From Octopus sinensis (taxonomy: Eukaryota), in assembly GCF_006345805.1 (NCBI RefSeq), contig NC_043004.1, forward strand, positions 102,982,001 to 103,046,000: 64,000 nucleotides of DNA, given 5' to 3'. The translations under genes and the position numbers were made by a program. Every line of letters starts with the position of its first letter. Positions within the stretch are counted from its first letter, which is position 1. The notes beneath the pieces are model-generated. The model saw only the letters and a list, made by a program, of their open reading frames with translations. It was not told the origin of the DNA and searched no databases. Below, one piece after another: positions 1 to 12,796 of this stretch.

Positions 1-188
1 ATGTGCAATAAATTGGGTATACTTTTACACCACACAAAATATTTTAATTATTTTAATATACAATTCCTGATAATATATAATTATAGGATGTTTTAAACAT
101 TGAATGACTTGAATGACCGTGAGTCTCTGTCTGAGTAACATAAGAATCAAAGAGGTCCATAGGTACAAAATGGTTGCAAACTACTGGT

Positions 189-490
189 CTAGGTGTTTTT
201 TGACCGGAAGATGTATGTGGGCATGTGTTCATTTATCCGGATGTGAAGCTTACAGACTGCGCAACTGATGTAACACTTTCCACACTTATTGATCCTGATC
301 TGGTACGCAACTTGTGTACGCATGCATATATCTGCATCCCGGATCAGGCAATTGGCCAGTGTGCGCTTATTAGCCTCTTGGGGTAATTTTGTGGACAGGT
401 AATGCCACGAGGAGGGGCCAAGGTAAGCCATATGTATGTCTAGCCCCTTTTTGCGAATGACCTTACGGACATCAGAGGTGGTTTTCTCGT
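189..490 (-). mobile_element. Penelope-like element fragment (end of RT/linker and GIY-YIG endonuclease), degenerate
   Basis: Translation DVRKVIRKKGLDIHMAYLGPS...CLIRDADICMRTQVAYQIRINKCGKCYISCAVCKLHIRINEH resembles the PLE GIY-YIG pattern VVYxIxCxxCGxxYIGxTxRxLHxRINEH. Confidence 0.7.
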
Positions 491-779
491 TCAGGTGTGT
501 GTGTGTTCTGTTACTGTTATTGCAAGGGTGAGTGAAAGAGCCACGTTATCGATTATGATATACGCGCGCGCGCGACTCACAAGACATTGGTGGCTCGACT
601 CCAGAGTGAAAAACACTTGCACAAGGTACAGCACAGTAGGAGAAATGCCCCAAACCATATCGTTGCAAAGTGAATTCGTAGCCACCGAACACTTGCTATG
701 TCCTACACTCATAAGCCTTAAGTATATCATCGATTCTAGTGGACAATAAGCGGACACAATAAATTGAAATAAATAAGCA

Positions 780-1004
780 GAGAGAGAGAGGGGGGAGAGA
801 AAGAGAGAGAGAGGAGGAGAGAAAGGGAGAAAGAGGATGGGAGAGTAAGAAGGATAATTACAGAATAAAAAAGAAAGCGAAGAGTATTGAAGGGAAGAAT
901 AGAGAGAAAAAGTGAGGAGAGAAGAGAAAGAGGGGGTGGTAGAAGATACTTTTTAGATATAGGTAAAAGGAGAGCAAGTGCAAACGATTGAGGGTAGCTC
1001 AAAT

Positions 1005-1035
<31 letters not shown>

Positions 1036-1236
1036 GGAGAGAGAAGAGGAGGTGGCAAGAAAGGTGAATGAGAGGGATAATTACAGAGTAAAAAGAGAAA
1101 GACATGGAGTTCTGGAAGGAAAAAAGTAGAGAGAAAGAGAGGAGTGAGAAAAAGAGGGAGGGGATATATTTGAGAAATAGATGAAGGGAGAGTTAGTGCA
1201 AGCAATTGAAGGTCGTGCATGGGTGTGGGGAAAGAG

Positions 1237-1276
<40 letters not shown>

Positions 1277-1660
1277 AATAGAGAGAAAGAGGTGGGGGAG
1301 AGAAGCTAAATGATATGCGAGAAGATTACATCCATAGTAAAACAATAATCCTATGCTCTGATAAGAGGATGACACAGGTACTGTCCTCAGTGAAAAAGAA
1401 GTACCCAAAGAATAAAAGTATAAAATTATAGGAGAAAATATAAAAATAGATATGAAAAAGTGAGAGAGAGAGAGAGAGAGAGTCAGTGGAGGCGGAATAA
1501 GAGAGAAAGAGACAAGGAAAGAGAGGTGAGTGAGAGAGAGAGGGTGCGAGAGGGATTTACCAGACATTTATAATGGGAGACAGTTTTGTTAAATAAGGGC
1601 ATTTCGTTTATTGTATGTATGTGATTAGAGAGAAAGAAAGAAGGAAAGAGAGAGAGAGAG
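780..1660. repeat. Purine-rich (GA)n / low-complexity region with embedded (GT)n
   Basis: Long imperfect GA/GAG/AAG runs visible directly. Confidence 0.9.
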
Positions 1661-2050
1661 GATTTTGGTATCCCAGCAGCCAAGAGTCTGAGGTTATGTT
1701 TGAATTAATTCTTTCTGAGATCTTTGGGTCTTTCACTGACTACTATTCACTCACATTGAAGAGCTGTGGATTTGCAGAGTCGTTAAAGCCTTGAATACAA
1801 AATATCTTGAGTTTTTCTTCCCAGACATTACGTTCTGGGTTCAAAATACCACCGAGATACACTTTGCCATTCATCCTTTCAAACATGAACGTACCACTCA
1901 AGTACCGGACCGTTGATATTCACTAGACCTTTTACCATCAAACAGCTGTTTTTGTGTCTCGATAAGCAACAAAGTTTATTCGTTCACTCACTGGCCCATG
2001 CACTCACTCATCATCAACTTTAACTCAATCGCTCAGTTATATATTTATAC

Positions 2051-2395
2051 GAAGGCGCATGGCTCAATGGTTAGAGCGTCGAGCTCACGATCGTGAGGTT
2101 GTGAGCTCGAATCCCGGACCGGGCTGCGTGTTGTGTTCTTGAGCAAAGCACTTTATTTCACGTTGCTCCAGTTCACTCAGCTGTAGAAATGAGTTGCGAC
2201 GTCACTGGTTCCACGCTGTATCGGCCCCTTTGTTTTTCCCTTGGATAACACTTGTGGCATGGAGAGGGGAGGCGGGTATGCATGGGCGACTGCTGGTCTT
2301 CCATAAACAACCTTGCCCGGACTTGTGTCTAGGAGGGTAACTTTCTAGGTGCAATCCCATGGTCATTCATGACCGAAGGGGGTCTTTACCCTTTT
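2051..2395 (+). mobile_element. tRNA-derived SINE, family D
   Basis: A-box TGGCTCAATGG, B-box-like GCTCGAATCCC, central GTGTTCTTGAGCAAAGCACTTTATTTCACGTTGCTCCAG domain; head and core recur at 32497-32620. Confidence 0.8.
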
Positions 2396-3320
2396 TATAT
2401 TTATCTATTCTTGAGTGAAAGGTTTAAATCTTTCTGCTGTAAATCACTAAACTTACACGTCAGACTCCAGATAATTTGAAACTTCACCACAATTGTCTGC
2501 TTGTATGTCTCTTTGTCTGTCTGTTTCTCTGCCTGCCTGTCTGTGTCGGACTGCGTTTTCTCGTCTGCGTGTGTCTGTTTATCTGTTTCAAACATACCCT
2601 AAAGGTAAGTTTTTAAATCACAAACTGACAGACAAAAGAAAGAAAGAAAATAAAAACATGTGTCCTAGATTAACTATTATAGCTGTTTCCGTCACTGAAT
2701 AAGACACAGAATTGACAAATCTTAATCATGTTCAAAGAAACAAGAAAACCAAAATGACTGTTTACATTAAAGATATAGTAATGACAATAGAATAGCGTCA
2801 AGTGGATTAATTTTCTTGATAACAGAAAAGAGATTTGCAAAGCAAAACTTTCAGGACAAAGGGAGTGTTAAGTTTGCCGATGTTTAGTGAGGCTGATATA
2901 TTTGTATCAGATGAGCGACCAAGGATTTTGTTAAATACACATTTTGGGAAATGAAGCGAGCTTTCTTCTATTCAGAATAAATTGATCGAAAAAATGAAAT
3001 TTAAACCGGAAATCATCTAGACATAATTGTAATAAAAAGGAAGTTCTTTGTATTTGAAGAAAATATATATCACAGGTGTAATATTTCTGGATGTGCACGC
3101 CCTTAAGAACATGTTCATTGTTGAACTCCATATCAGTGAAAGAAAGAGAGGGGTGGGATGGGGTTGATGGTAATGGGTGACAGTCGGTGAATGAATGTAT
3201 GTGTGTAGTGGAAGATGGACAGCTCAGAGTGAGTTACTCCAATTCCAGTGGAGAAAATAGCTGTTTATAGAAATGAATGTACGGTAGAACTCCGTGTAGC
3301 TTAAATTTTTGGACATATAT

Positions 3321-3406
<86 letters not shown>

Positions 3407-3414
3407 TATATATA

Positions 3415-3451
<37 letters not shown>

Positions 3452-3452
<1 letters not shown>

Positions 3453-3700
3453 CTCTTTCTCTTTTACTCTTTTACTTGTTTCAGTCATTTGACTGCGGCC
3501 ATGCTGGAGCACCGCCTTTAGTCGAGCAAATCGACCCCGGGACTTATGCTTTGTAAGCCCAGTACTTATTCTATCGGTTTCTTTTGCCGAACCGCTAAGT
3601 TACGGGGACGTAAACACACCAGCATCGGTTGTCAAGCAATGCTAGGGGGACAAACACAGACACACAAACATATACACACACACTTATATGTGTGTATGTG
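3452..3700 (-). mobile_element. SINE family A, 3' half only, in tandem with the next copy
   Basis: Tail (GTAAAAGA)n and CCAGCATGGCCGCAGTC on the minus strand; same body as other family A copies. Confidence 0.85.
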
Positions 3701-4082
3701 TTTCAGTCATTTGACTGCAGCCATGCTGGAGCACCGCCTTTAGTCGAGCAAATCGACCCCGGGACTTATTCTTTGTAAGCCCAGTACTTATTCTATCGGT
3801 CTCTTTTGCCGAACCGCTAAGTGACGGGGACGTAAACACACCACCATTGGTTGTCAAGCAATGCTAGGGGGACAAACACAGACACACAAACATATACACA
3901 CACACACTTATATATATACATATATACGACAGGCTTCTTTCAGTTTCCGTCTACTAAATCCACTCACAAGGCATTGGTCGGCCCGGGGCTATAGCAGAAG
4001 ACACTTGCCCAAGATGCCACGCAGTGGGACTGAACCCGGAACCATGTGGTTGGTTAGCAAGCTACTTACCACACAGCCACTC
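3701..4082 (-). mobile_element. SINE family A (about 400 bp, internal TA/TG microsatellite)
   Basis: Head GAGTGGCTGTGTGGTAAG...GGTTCAGTCCC, CORE-like GGCATCTTGGGCAAGTGTCTT, shared tail. Confidence 0.9.
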
Positions 4083-4620
4083 ATATACATATATATATGA
4101 TGCATACATTATTCAAAACTGTTTGGTTCTGATTCCGTGATACTTTAAGTCTCCTCAGGCTCTTGAATATCAGAGTGAACGGAGAGGTACAGGAAGTCCA
4201 AGATGGCTACCGGGAGATGGGCCGCAATTGGTCGCAGTGGATGGCATTGATTGGTAAGCGACAGCATTTCCATGAGAAAAGAGAGTTTCTTTGACCGCGT
4301 GGTTAGACAGGAAATTAGTGGCGACGGTACGTCTCGGTATGGGATCAGTGGGGCCTGTAAGTATATGAGCTTGTGTTCGCGTGTGCAGTGTGTATGTGTG
4401 TGTGTGTGTGTGTATGTATGTTTGTATGTATGTGTGTGTATGTGTGTGGATGTGTGTGTGTGTATCTGCTTAAGAAGTTATGCCCACTTGCGTTGTCGAG
4501 AGTTTAAATCTATTTTACAAAAGTCATGACAATATATATTTGCGTGAATATATGAATGTATACATATGTACATGTGAGTGTGTATATATTTATGCACACA
4601 CACATACACACACGTGCTCA

Positions 4621-4702
<82 letters not shown>

Positions 4703-5432
4703 AAAACACACACACACACACATATATATGTAATACATTAAAAATGAACTCCGATCCTGCTTGCTTGCTTGCTTGCAATGTTACACAGCCAAACTGGTGC
4801 ATAATGGGAAAATACTTTGGGAGTAAGTTGTCCCTGAAATGTGAATACAAACGGAATAAAACTAGTTTCGCATAAATCGGACCAGTGGTTATTGAGATAT
4901 TAGGAGTTTTGGGGGGTATAAATATCCAAAACAGTGCATAATGAGAAAATACTCTGAAAGTAACTTAACCTTGAGAGGGAAGAAACTCTAACCTTTCCAT
5001 TAGACACATTATGATGGGCAAACTATTTAAAAATGAAAATGATTTTAAAACTATGGTAAATATTTCGTAAAAGACCTGCTCATAACCTCCGTGTGAAATA
5101 GTTTTTTCTATAGGTTTCTTTCGAGTGCATTCAACGTATCTCACCTCCGAGGATTTGTCTGCTATTTCTAGCACGCCATGCTACCACGTAACAGCTATTT
5201 GCGATAAAGGACTCGAAATACCTGTTACGTGGTAGCAGGGCAAATCTTGCAGCCTTTTCTGGGGAAAGGAGCCGTTTACGTGTGATCTCGATATTACATT
5301 CGTTGGAAGTGTGCGAAATAACCTAGAAAAGAAAAAAAAAACCCACGAAACAAAACTCCGTTGCTGGAAATTCAAACTTTCCCGGCGACCCAACGGGTCA
5401 CAAGTAATCAAATATATTTATATATATTCGTA

Positions 5433-5667
5433 CAGGGTTGGCCAAAAGTCACCTGAGAGAAAATCAAAATCATTTAATTCCAACATTAAAACCAAAAATT
5501 ATTTTATATGAGACTACGCTAATAAATACACAAATGTTGAAAAAACGGTGATTTCAACTCACAGAATTCAACTATTAAACATTCATAATTGGAATGAATA
5601 AATAAAATTGAATATTAAGTATTTATGGAATTTTGATTTACTGTCAGGGGACTTTTGGCCAACCCTG
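5433..5667. mobile_element. Tc1/mariner-type MITE, 235 bp
   Basis: TIR CAGGGTTGGCCAAAAGTC(A/C)CCTGA at both ends (23 of 24 match); TA on both flanks. Confidence 0.9.
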
Positions 5668-5720
<53 letters not shown>

Positions 5721-5737
5721 GTCTGTCTGTCTATCTA

Positions 5738-5768
<31 letters not shown>

Positions 5769-5787
5769 CCCTGCCTGTCTGTCTGTT

Positions 5788-5826
<39 letters not shown>

Positions 5827-5980
5827 AACAAAACAGACGTTATTGTGATTTTTTAACCCCAAGAGGACATTTCCTCTAGCTGGAAGATCGCTTGATTATA
5901 TACATACATACGTACATACATACATACATACATACATACATACATACATACATACATACATACATACATACATACATACA
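5668..5980. repeat. Compound microsatellites (TCTA)n(TCTG)n(TA)n and (TACA)n
   Basis: Seen directly. Confidence 0.9.
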
Positions 5981-5985
5981 TTATG

Positions 5986-6120
5986 CAGGCACCCATCGCG
6001 TTACGGTTGCCTAAAGTTACGGGACTCCACGCTTACGGAAATTGTAAAGTATGACCATTAATTTCGGTATGTGGTCTGTAATTCCGCTTTTACGGAAACC
6101 TGTATTGCTTAGTTTGAAAT
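5986..6120 (+). mobile_element. Probable 5' terminus of a Tigger/pogo element
   Basis: Starts CAGGCACCCATCGCGTTACGG followed by repeated TTACG motifs, like Tigger termini; its link to the transposase at 7454 is inferred. Confidence 0.5.
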
Positions 6121-6230
6121 TGTTAACAATTTGAAAAACTATCATCACGTGATGCATATACATGCAAACACATACACACGTGTACTGATAATGTACATAA
6201 TATGTGTGTGTGTGTATGTGTATATATGTG

Positions 6231-6262
<32 letters not shown>

Positions 6263-6307
6263 TGTATGTATGTATTTATGTATGTATGTATGTATGTATG
6301 TATACCC

Positions 6308-6707
6308 TTTACTCTCTTTTACTCTTTTACTTGTTTCAGTCATTTGACTGCGGTCATGCTGGAGCACCACCTTTAGTCGAGCAAATTGACCCCATGACTT
6401 ATTCTTTGTAAGCCTAGTACTTATTCTCCCGGTCTTTTGCCGAGCCGCTAAATTACGGGGACGTAAACACCACCATCGGTTGTCAAGCGATGTTGGAGAG
6501 ACAAACACAGACACACAAACATACACACACAACACACACATATATATGCATATATATGACGGGCTTGTGCCTACCAAATCCAATCACAAAGCTTTGGTCG
6601 GCCCGAGGCTATAGTAGAAGACACTTGCCCAAGGTGCCACGCAGTGGAACTGAACCCGGAACCATGTGGTTGGTAAGCAAGCTACTTACCACACAGCCAC
6701 TCCTACG
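6308..6707 (-). mobile_element. SINE family A
   Basis: Full head, body and tail match to the other copies. Confidence 0.9.
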
Positions 6708-7453
6708 ACTATATGTATGTATAAATGTATGTATGTATGTATGTATGTATGTATGTATGTATGTATGTATGTATGTATGTATGTATGTATGTTTACGTAT
6801 ACGTTTCTTTCATCAACACGGACACAAGCACTAGCAGTAACGGTAATTCTTAGCATGAAATTGATAAGCAAATCCATAAAAAAAATATATATAATGTGGT
6901 GTCCGAGACTATTTCAAAATTCGAATTAGATGTCTTCGATCTTAGGTTTATGAGGATTGACTTTAGACTAAACAGCCACAATAATACAATTAGCAAGAAC
7001 AACATAACCACCAGAGTACCAACATTACCTGCCCACCATCACTAACATCCAAACCAATGCCACCTGATCATTACGACTATCAGCCAACTAACGTTTGAAT
7101 CTCACTGGCCACAGAAGGTATTAGCATGTACACCAACACATGTGTGTGCATGAGCGTATGTGTATGAGTGTTTGTGCGAGTGTGTGTGTGTATTTATGTC
7201 TAAAGTCAGAAGTGCCAGGGTAGAATTGCCTATAAAATTTGGCACCTTTTCAGTTAACTGTAATCATATGGTACTCTCTCTTCCTCACTCCTTCGTCTTT
7301 ACATGTCATTTACATTATTGCATCAATAGGAATAAGACAATTTCCTGCTCTCACAATTAAATCTTTCCTGGGCCAAATCTTTTTTTTTGTTTTACCATAT
7401 ATTTGTTGTGGATAAGTAATCGTCGCTGTTGTTAGATTTGCCTTCAGTTTAAG

Positions 7454-9104
7454 ATGTCTGGAAAGAAGCTATCAAGTAGACCAGAAGGTAGTAGTGCGAA
7501 AAGAAACCGTAAATGAATTACATTGAATATTAAACTTGATGTTTTGCTAAGACCTGATACGGAAGTAAAGCTAATTTATATTAGCAAAACATTAAATTTT
7601 ACAACGCCTACAGTGGGAAAAATACGTGACAGCAGAGAGAAAATTTTGCCAAGTGCTCAAGAAGCTAAATATTTTCCCATAGATCTAAAGTAATGCTTAA
7701 AATGGGACAGTTCTTGAGTGTATTGATTGAGGACCATAATCAGCGTAATGTGCCGAAACACGATGGTAATAAGAAAAAAGGAGCCGGCGATTTGCAGAAA
7801 AAGGAAGATGAAAATTGTAATGAAAATCCATTTTTGGCTAGTAAGGGCTGGCTTGAAAGGTTTAAGAAGCGCATGAATTTGTACAGCATAAAAATGATTG
7901 GCGAAACTGCAAGCACTGAAACGGAAGCTGCTGCCTTCTGGGCAGTTGAAGAAAATGAATGTTGAAGGGGGCTACACAGAGGAAGTATATAATGTTGATG
8001 AGACGGCACTTGTGAGTGCATACCTGCTAGACTTTTGTTTCTCGAGAAAAAAAAATCAACACCATAATTTAAAGCTTCCAAAAATCTTCTGATACTTCTT
8101 TTGGCAGGAAATGCCACTGGTGATATGAAATTAAAGCCCCTGTACGTGTATTACTCCGAAAATCTAAGGGTTTTTTAAAGTTACACATAGTTTAATCTAC
8201 ATCTGATTTGACTTTCAAATAAAAAGGCATGGATGATTAAAAGCCTTATCAAAGAGTGGTTTACGAGCGCTTTTTTTGTCCTGCAGTAGAAAGGTAAGTG
8301 TCAGACATAATATCTCCAACAAAGCGTTGCTTCTTTTAGACAATGTATCGAGGCACACAACGAACTTAGTTGACCTTTCTGATAGTGTGAGAGTAGAATA
8401 CTTTCTCAAGAATACGACTTCTTTGCTCCAGGCAATGGATCAAGGTGTGATAGCTACCTTCAAGTCATATTGTATGAGAACTTTCAAGCAACTTATGAAA
8501 GCAATTGACAAGAAGGATAAACCTACAGTTAGAGATTTCTGAAAGAAATCCAACATAATGAATGCTGTGGATAATATAGCTGAGTTATGAGATGAAGTGA
8601 AACCATTAATTTTTGAATAGTGCTTGGAAAAGTATATGGGCAGACTGTATCCATGACATTACAAGTTTCCTCAAGCAGAAAGTCTACATCAAAGTTGGAA
8701 AGATATTGCGACATTTGCAAAGGATGTAGGATTTGAAAAAGTCATAGAGGATGATGTGACTGAGTTGCTAGTGCCTCAGGATGTAAGTTTATCTAACGAG
8801 GAGTTGTTAATGCCGTCAGAAAAGAACAAGTTGAAAACATAGATGAGACAACAGGAAATTCCACCCACACCACTAGAATCGACAACAAAAATTATTGCTG
8901 AAGAATTGGAGCTTAAGAGAGGAAAGTTTGCAGGGTTTTGCTGATAATGATCTTAATCGTGAACGTAACATAAAAATTACAAGAGGAGTTTACAATGATC
9001 GCAGTTCCTCTACTGAGCGTTACAAAGAGATATGTTATAATCAATCAGCAACTTTGGATAAGTTCTTCGCCCCTCAAGCTGATGTTCGTGATAATGAACT
9101 ATAA
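7454..9104 (+). pseudogene. Tigger/pogo (CENP-B-like HTH + DDE_1) transposase, multiply disrupted
   Basis: MSGKKLSSRPEGSSAKRNRK*ITLNIKLDV; FLASKGWLERFKKR; VYNVDETAL; GNATGDMKLKP; KALLLLDN...TTSLLQAMDQGVIATFK; stops and frameshifts throughout. Confidence 0.9.
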
Positions 9105-9369
9105 GATAGTAAATATTGCCCCTCATTTTCCTAGTAACGCTTATTCCACCACCACCCCTCACACAATAGTCAACATCTTTTGTTGTAAGAACATACTCTT
9201 CTGATATTAAGATTCTTATTAATTACTTAACTTATCCTTTCTGGAAAGTTTTTCTGTTTTTATGTATCTATATTTTAATGTTTATGTTTAGAATTAGTTA
9301 TTTTTATGCAAAAGGGGAATTGCGCTGCTTATTCTCTGTTGTTTATTTGAGCTTCTACTTTTTTAAATG

Positions 9370-9478
9370 TCTGTAGGAACGCAATCTCACTTGTTAATAT
9401 GAAAATCAATGGGAAATTTAGATTCGCATTACGAAATTTTGCGTTGTGGCCAGATTTTCGGGAACGCATTACTTCCGT
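9370..9478 (+). mobile_element. Tigger 3' subterminal region, cut short by the adjacent PLE
   Basis: TTCGCATTACGAAATTTTGCGTTG...GGAACGCATTACTTCCGT; only CCGT of the expected TIR remains. Confidence 0.55.
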
Positions 9479-9480
9479 GG

Positions 9481-10780
9481 TCATGCACAAGGGTTGATGT
9501 ACAAGGGGTGAGAGTATGTGGGTAGACAAACATGGAGAAGTGTTGGAGATTGGTGATTTGCGGTGCTGTTCATAGGGGTTCATTTGACTGGTACTAAGGA
9601 GGTGTATCCGGGTTGTCGGCGGTCAGTGGCTTGAAATTTACCAGAAGGGTGTACCTCTAGTGACAGCAATACGATACCTCATATTTCTTATTGATGGATA
9701 CTGAGAGTTGGTAGATGATATGCATTTTTTCGCGGAGGCACAGCAGACAATTAGGGACGCTAGGTGAATATGGTAGCGCCTTGTCGATAATAGTCCACTT
9801 GATGCTGGGTGTTTCATTTCGAAGGTCACGAAGTCTCCAGAGAAAACATGATAGGGAAGTGGAGTTCTCTCTGTCAATGGATCTAAATGAATGTAAGTGC
9901 TGGGAGTAACTTCCTTTGAAGCCGTTGACTGTCATACCCGTATAGTGCCTAGTAATGCCATCGGATGGTGTAAGGGTGGCTCTGTATACTATGGCCCTTG
10001 AGAGGCAGGATCCTTCTTGAAGGCAGGTGTCAGGGTTTCGGAAGTTTCAGGTTGGGGTTGGGGGTTGTGTGGGTGCGTTTTTACGTCTGTTGATGCATGC
10101 GATGTTAGATGTAATGTTTTCTAAGCAGGAGTAGCTTACCTTGATATTATGGGAGGTTGAAGAGTTTGTAATATTAATGGCCTTTGGAGAAATATTTCTT
10201 TATTAAAGATAGGACGTCTCTGGCTACGTTGGCAAAAACTTCTAGGTTAAATGAGGTCTATACCAGATTATTTACCTTTTTCTAATTCTCTTGGGGTGAG
10301 GAGAAGGGGTTTAGAGTTCGTCCATATACGTGAGCTTCTCAGAAAATCCGCTCCTAGCCAAAGCATCGTTGTAGTGGAGGCGGCCCTATTAAAAGTCTCC
10401 ATGTTCGCTGAGAGTTTAGACGCCTGTTTGCTAATGCCTGAAACTAGGTTTCTAATTACAAAGTGGGGGTAGGGTGAGCTCTTAGGGATATATATACTGT
10501 TTCTTCATTAGGCTCTCTGTAGGGGTAGTATTTGCCCGTGTTCAGGTCTAAGCTTACGTCCAAGAAATCGACCTTAGTCAGGTTGGTAGTAGCCGTTATG
10601 GACAGACCGAACTTTTGAATATTTTAACAAGTCCTTCCTGGACCTGTTCATGGCGTGGCTATTCATATGACTCGAAATAACTAGACCATCGTCCCTATAG
10701 AGGCCTGACCTATGTGGATGAGTACATCTCTTGAGGTCGGCGATTTCAGCCCTGTCAAAGCTTCCAATAGAGACATCAAA
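9481..10780 (-). mobile_element. Penelope-like element, 5'-truncated, degenerate RT + GIY-YIG
   Basis: FDVSIGSFDRAEIADL...GLYRDDGL (RT); SCLSRAIVYRAT...HYTGMTVNGFK...STSLSCFLWRL...IKWTIIDKALPYSPSVPNCLLCLREKMHII (GIY-YIG and PLE C-terminus). Confidence 0.9.
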
Positions 10781-10839
10781 CAATATAATATAATATAATA
10801 TAATATAATGCTTCCACCTGTGGTCACCACACAATATAA

Positions 10840-11387
10840 TATTAACGGTGGAACTCGAAGCAATCCAACGAAACTACACAAAGAAAATCGTCTCAATGCA
10901 ACGTATCAGCTACCGGGGAAGACTGAAAGAGTTAAAACTCTTCTCCCTAGAACGAAGGCAAGGAAGATATTCAGTTATATACATCTGGAAAATCCTGGAA
11001 GACCTTGTACAAAACTTGGGCATTGGGTGCCGCTGCATAGTGCCAAAGATCCCAGCGTCACCATCAAAATACAGGACCAGATACTGCAACAGCTTGGGTT
11101 TCAATGGCCCACAGCTCTTCAATATCCTTCTCCAAATGCCTGAGAGATCTGCAAGGTGCGGATGTAGATGTCTTCAAAAACAAAACTGGACCTCATTCAG
11201 ATTGGCCCACCACACGGCAGGAAACATAGATGAGGGCAGCAACATCAGACTCCCTCATTCACCAAATTCCACATATTAAAGGATGTTTCAAGTAATGGGG
11301 TAGCACCGCCAACGGTGATGCCCCAGTATGACCGTATCTTTAAAGATGAAATACTTTAAAGAAATTTAAAGAAAAATTAAAGAAATG
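10840..11387 (+). mobile_element. CR1-like LINE 3' end (RT C-terminus, 3' UTR, TAAAGAAA-type tail)
   Basis: LEAIQRNYTKKI..M..ISY..RLKELKLFSLERR..RY.VIYIWKILE.LV.N...YCNSLGFNGPQLFNIL; flanked by (TAATA)n. Confidence 0.8.
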
Positions 11388-11589
11388 ATATAATATAATA
11401 ATATAATGTAATAATATAAGCAGAATGCGCGCGCACAGACACACATACATATACAGGGTGCATTACACGTACCCTGTGTATGTATATACGAGTGGATGTA
11501 TTAATATTATATAATATTATAATATATTACGGATACGCACACACACACACACACACACGCACACACACCACACACACACACACACACAG

Positions 11590-12300
11590 GTCGTCAGGTT
11601 TTTGAGTCCATTTGTATGAATTCAGGAAAAGACGCATACCTCATCAAAGAAAAGCTGTATTGAAAGACAAATTAGTACAAAAAAATCATAACAAATTAGT
11701 ACAAATATCACACCTATTCAATTAATCCACTGTTAGTATCAATGACTACTTGAATACGAGATCGGAGACGTTGACGTGCCCACATCAGATGATCTCTTAT
11801 AAGATGGTGCAAAGTTTTATTGGTAGACGTACGGTATTCCGTTGTGTGCTCTTTCCATCAAGGGCCTAACAACTTTCTCCAACACCTCTTGTGTAGACAG
11901 CGCTATTGACTTTTAAGCCCTGTGAAAAAAAGTGAGGAGGTATAACATTATACTCGTTGCCGACACCGTCTAGAACTATCATCACGGTTGTTGGGGACTT
12001 AGTATGCATGACCGTTGGGACCTCATTCGTGTATCTGAATAACCATCTGTAGTTCCTTCGGTTTACCTTTCGGTCCTGATCAAAGGTTTTCCATCGGAGA
12101 AAAACCAAAGCAGTCCAGCCTCTTAGTGTTTTAACTTGTTTCTCTTGTGCCACATCTGACATAAACTGACCCCTCTTCAACACATAAGACTTGTACCGGA
12201 TGTCCTCATGCAAAAGTCTTCCGATGATGCATTCTGAAACCTTGAGGTCCTTTGCAATGACTCTGATTGACATTCCTATGCTTTTATCGATTATTTATTG
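11590..12300 (-). pseudogene. Tc1/mariner transposase remnant, maT/DD37D-like, internally deleted
   Basis: SIRVIAKDLKVSE...RYKSYVLKRGQFMS...KTFDQDRKVNRRNYRWL...VPTVMHTKSPTTVM...VIPPHFFSQGLKVNSAVY; ends RSRIQVVIDTNSGLIE*. Confidence 0.8.
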
Positions 12301-12449
12301 AACATTTTGTACACGGTTGTGTTCTATTATTTATTTGTTTATCTCCTTTTTATCCTTCAATTTCATCCCTGTTGTCCGTATGATTTTTACTTATTTATAT
12401 CCTTACGTCTACGCAGAAGAAATTGCCGCTACTTCGCAGAATGATCGTA

Positions 12450-12484
<35 letters not shown>

Positions 12485-12757
12485 CGTGTGCGTATGTGTT
12501 TGTGTATGTGTGCGTGTGTGCGTGCGCGTGTATGTGCTTGTTTGCATGGGTGTATGTCTCTCTCTCTCTCACTTAGTAACCTATTTTTATGTGACAGCTT
12601 GATGACCGATGTTTGTTCATTTACGTCCCCGTTACTTAACGGTTCAGCAGACAGAATAGCTACCACTGTCAAAACAGAAAATAAGTACTGAGTACTATTT
12701 GATCGACTAAAATTCCTCCAAAGCAGTGCCGTGCACACACACACACACACACACATG

Positions 12758-12796
<39 letters not shown>

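Noticed and set aside
4159-4253. Apparent exon (CTCCTCAG| open frame ALEYQSERRGTGSPRW... |GTAAGC)
   Set aside because: No recognisable protein or partner exons; the surrounding text (RRG.G.PRW, LDRK..WRR) looks more like a decayed RTE-type 3' end
4790-5250. Helitron/Helentron-like module with a 15-bp inverted repeat (about 5179-5236)
   Set aside because: Termini could not be defined; CTAG is not followed by T; left unannotated
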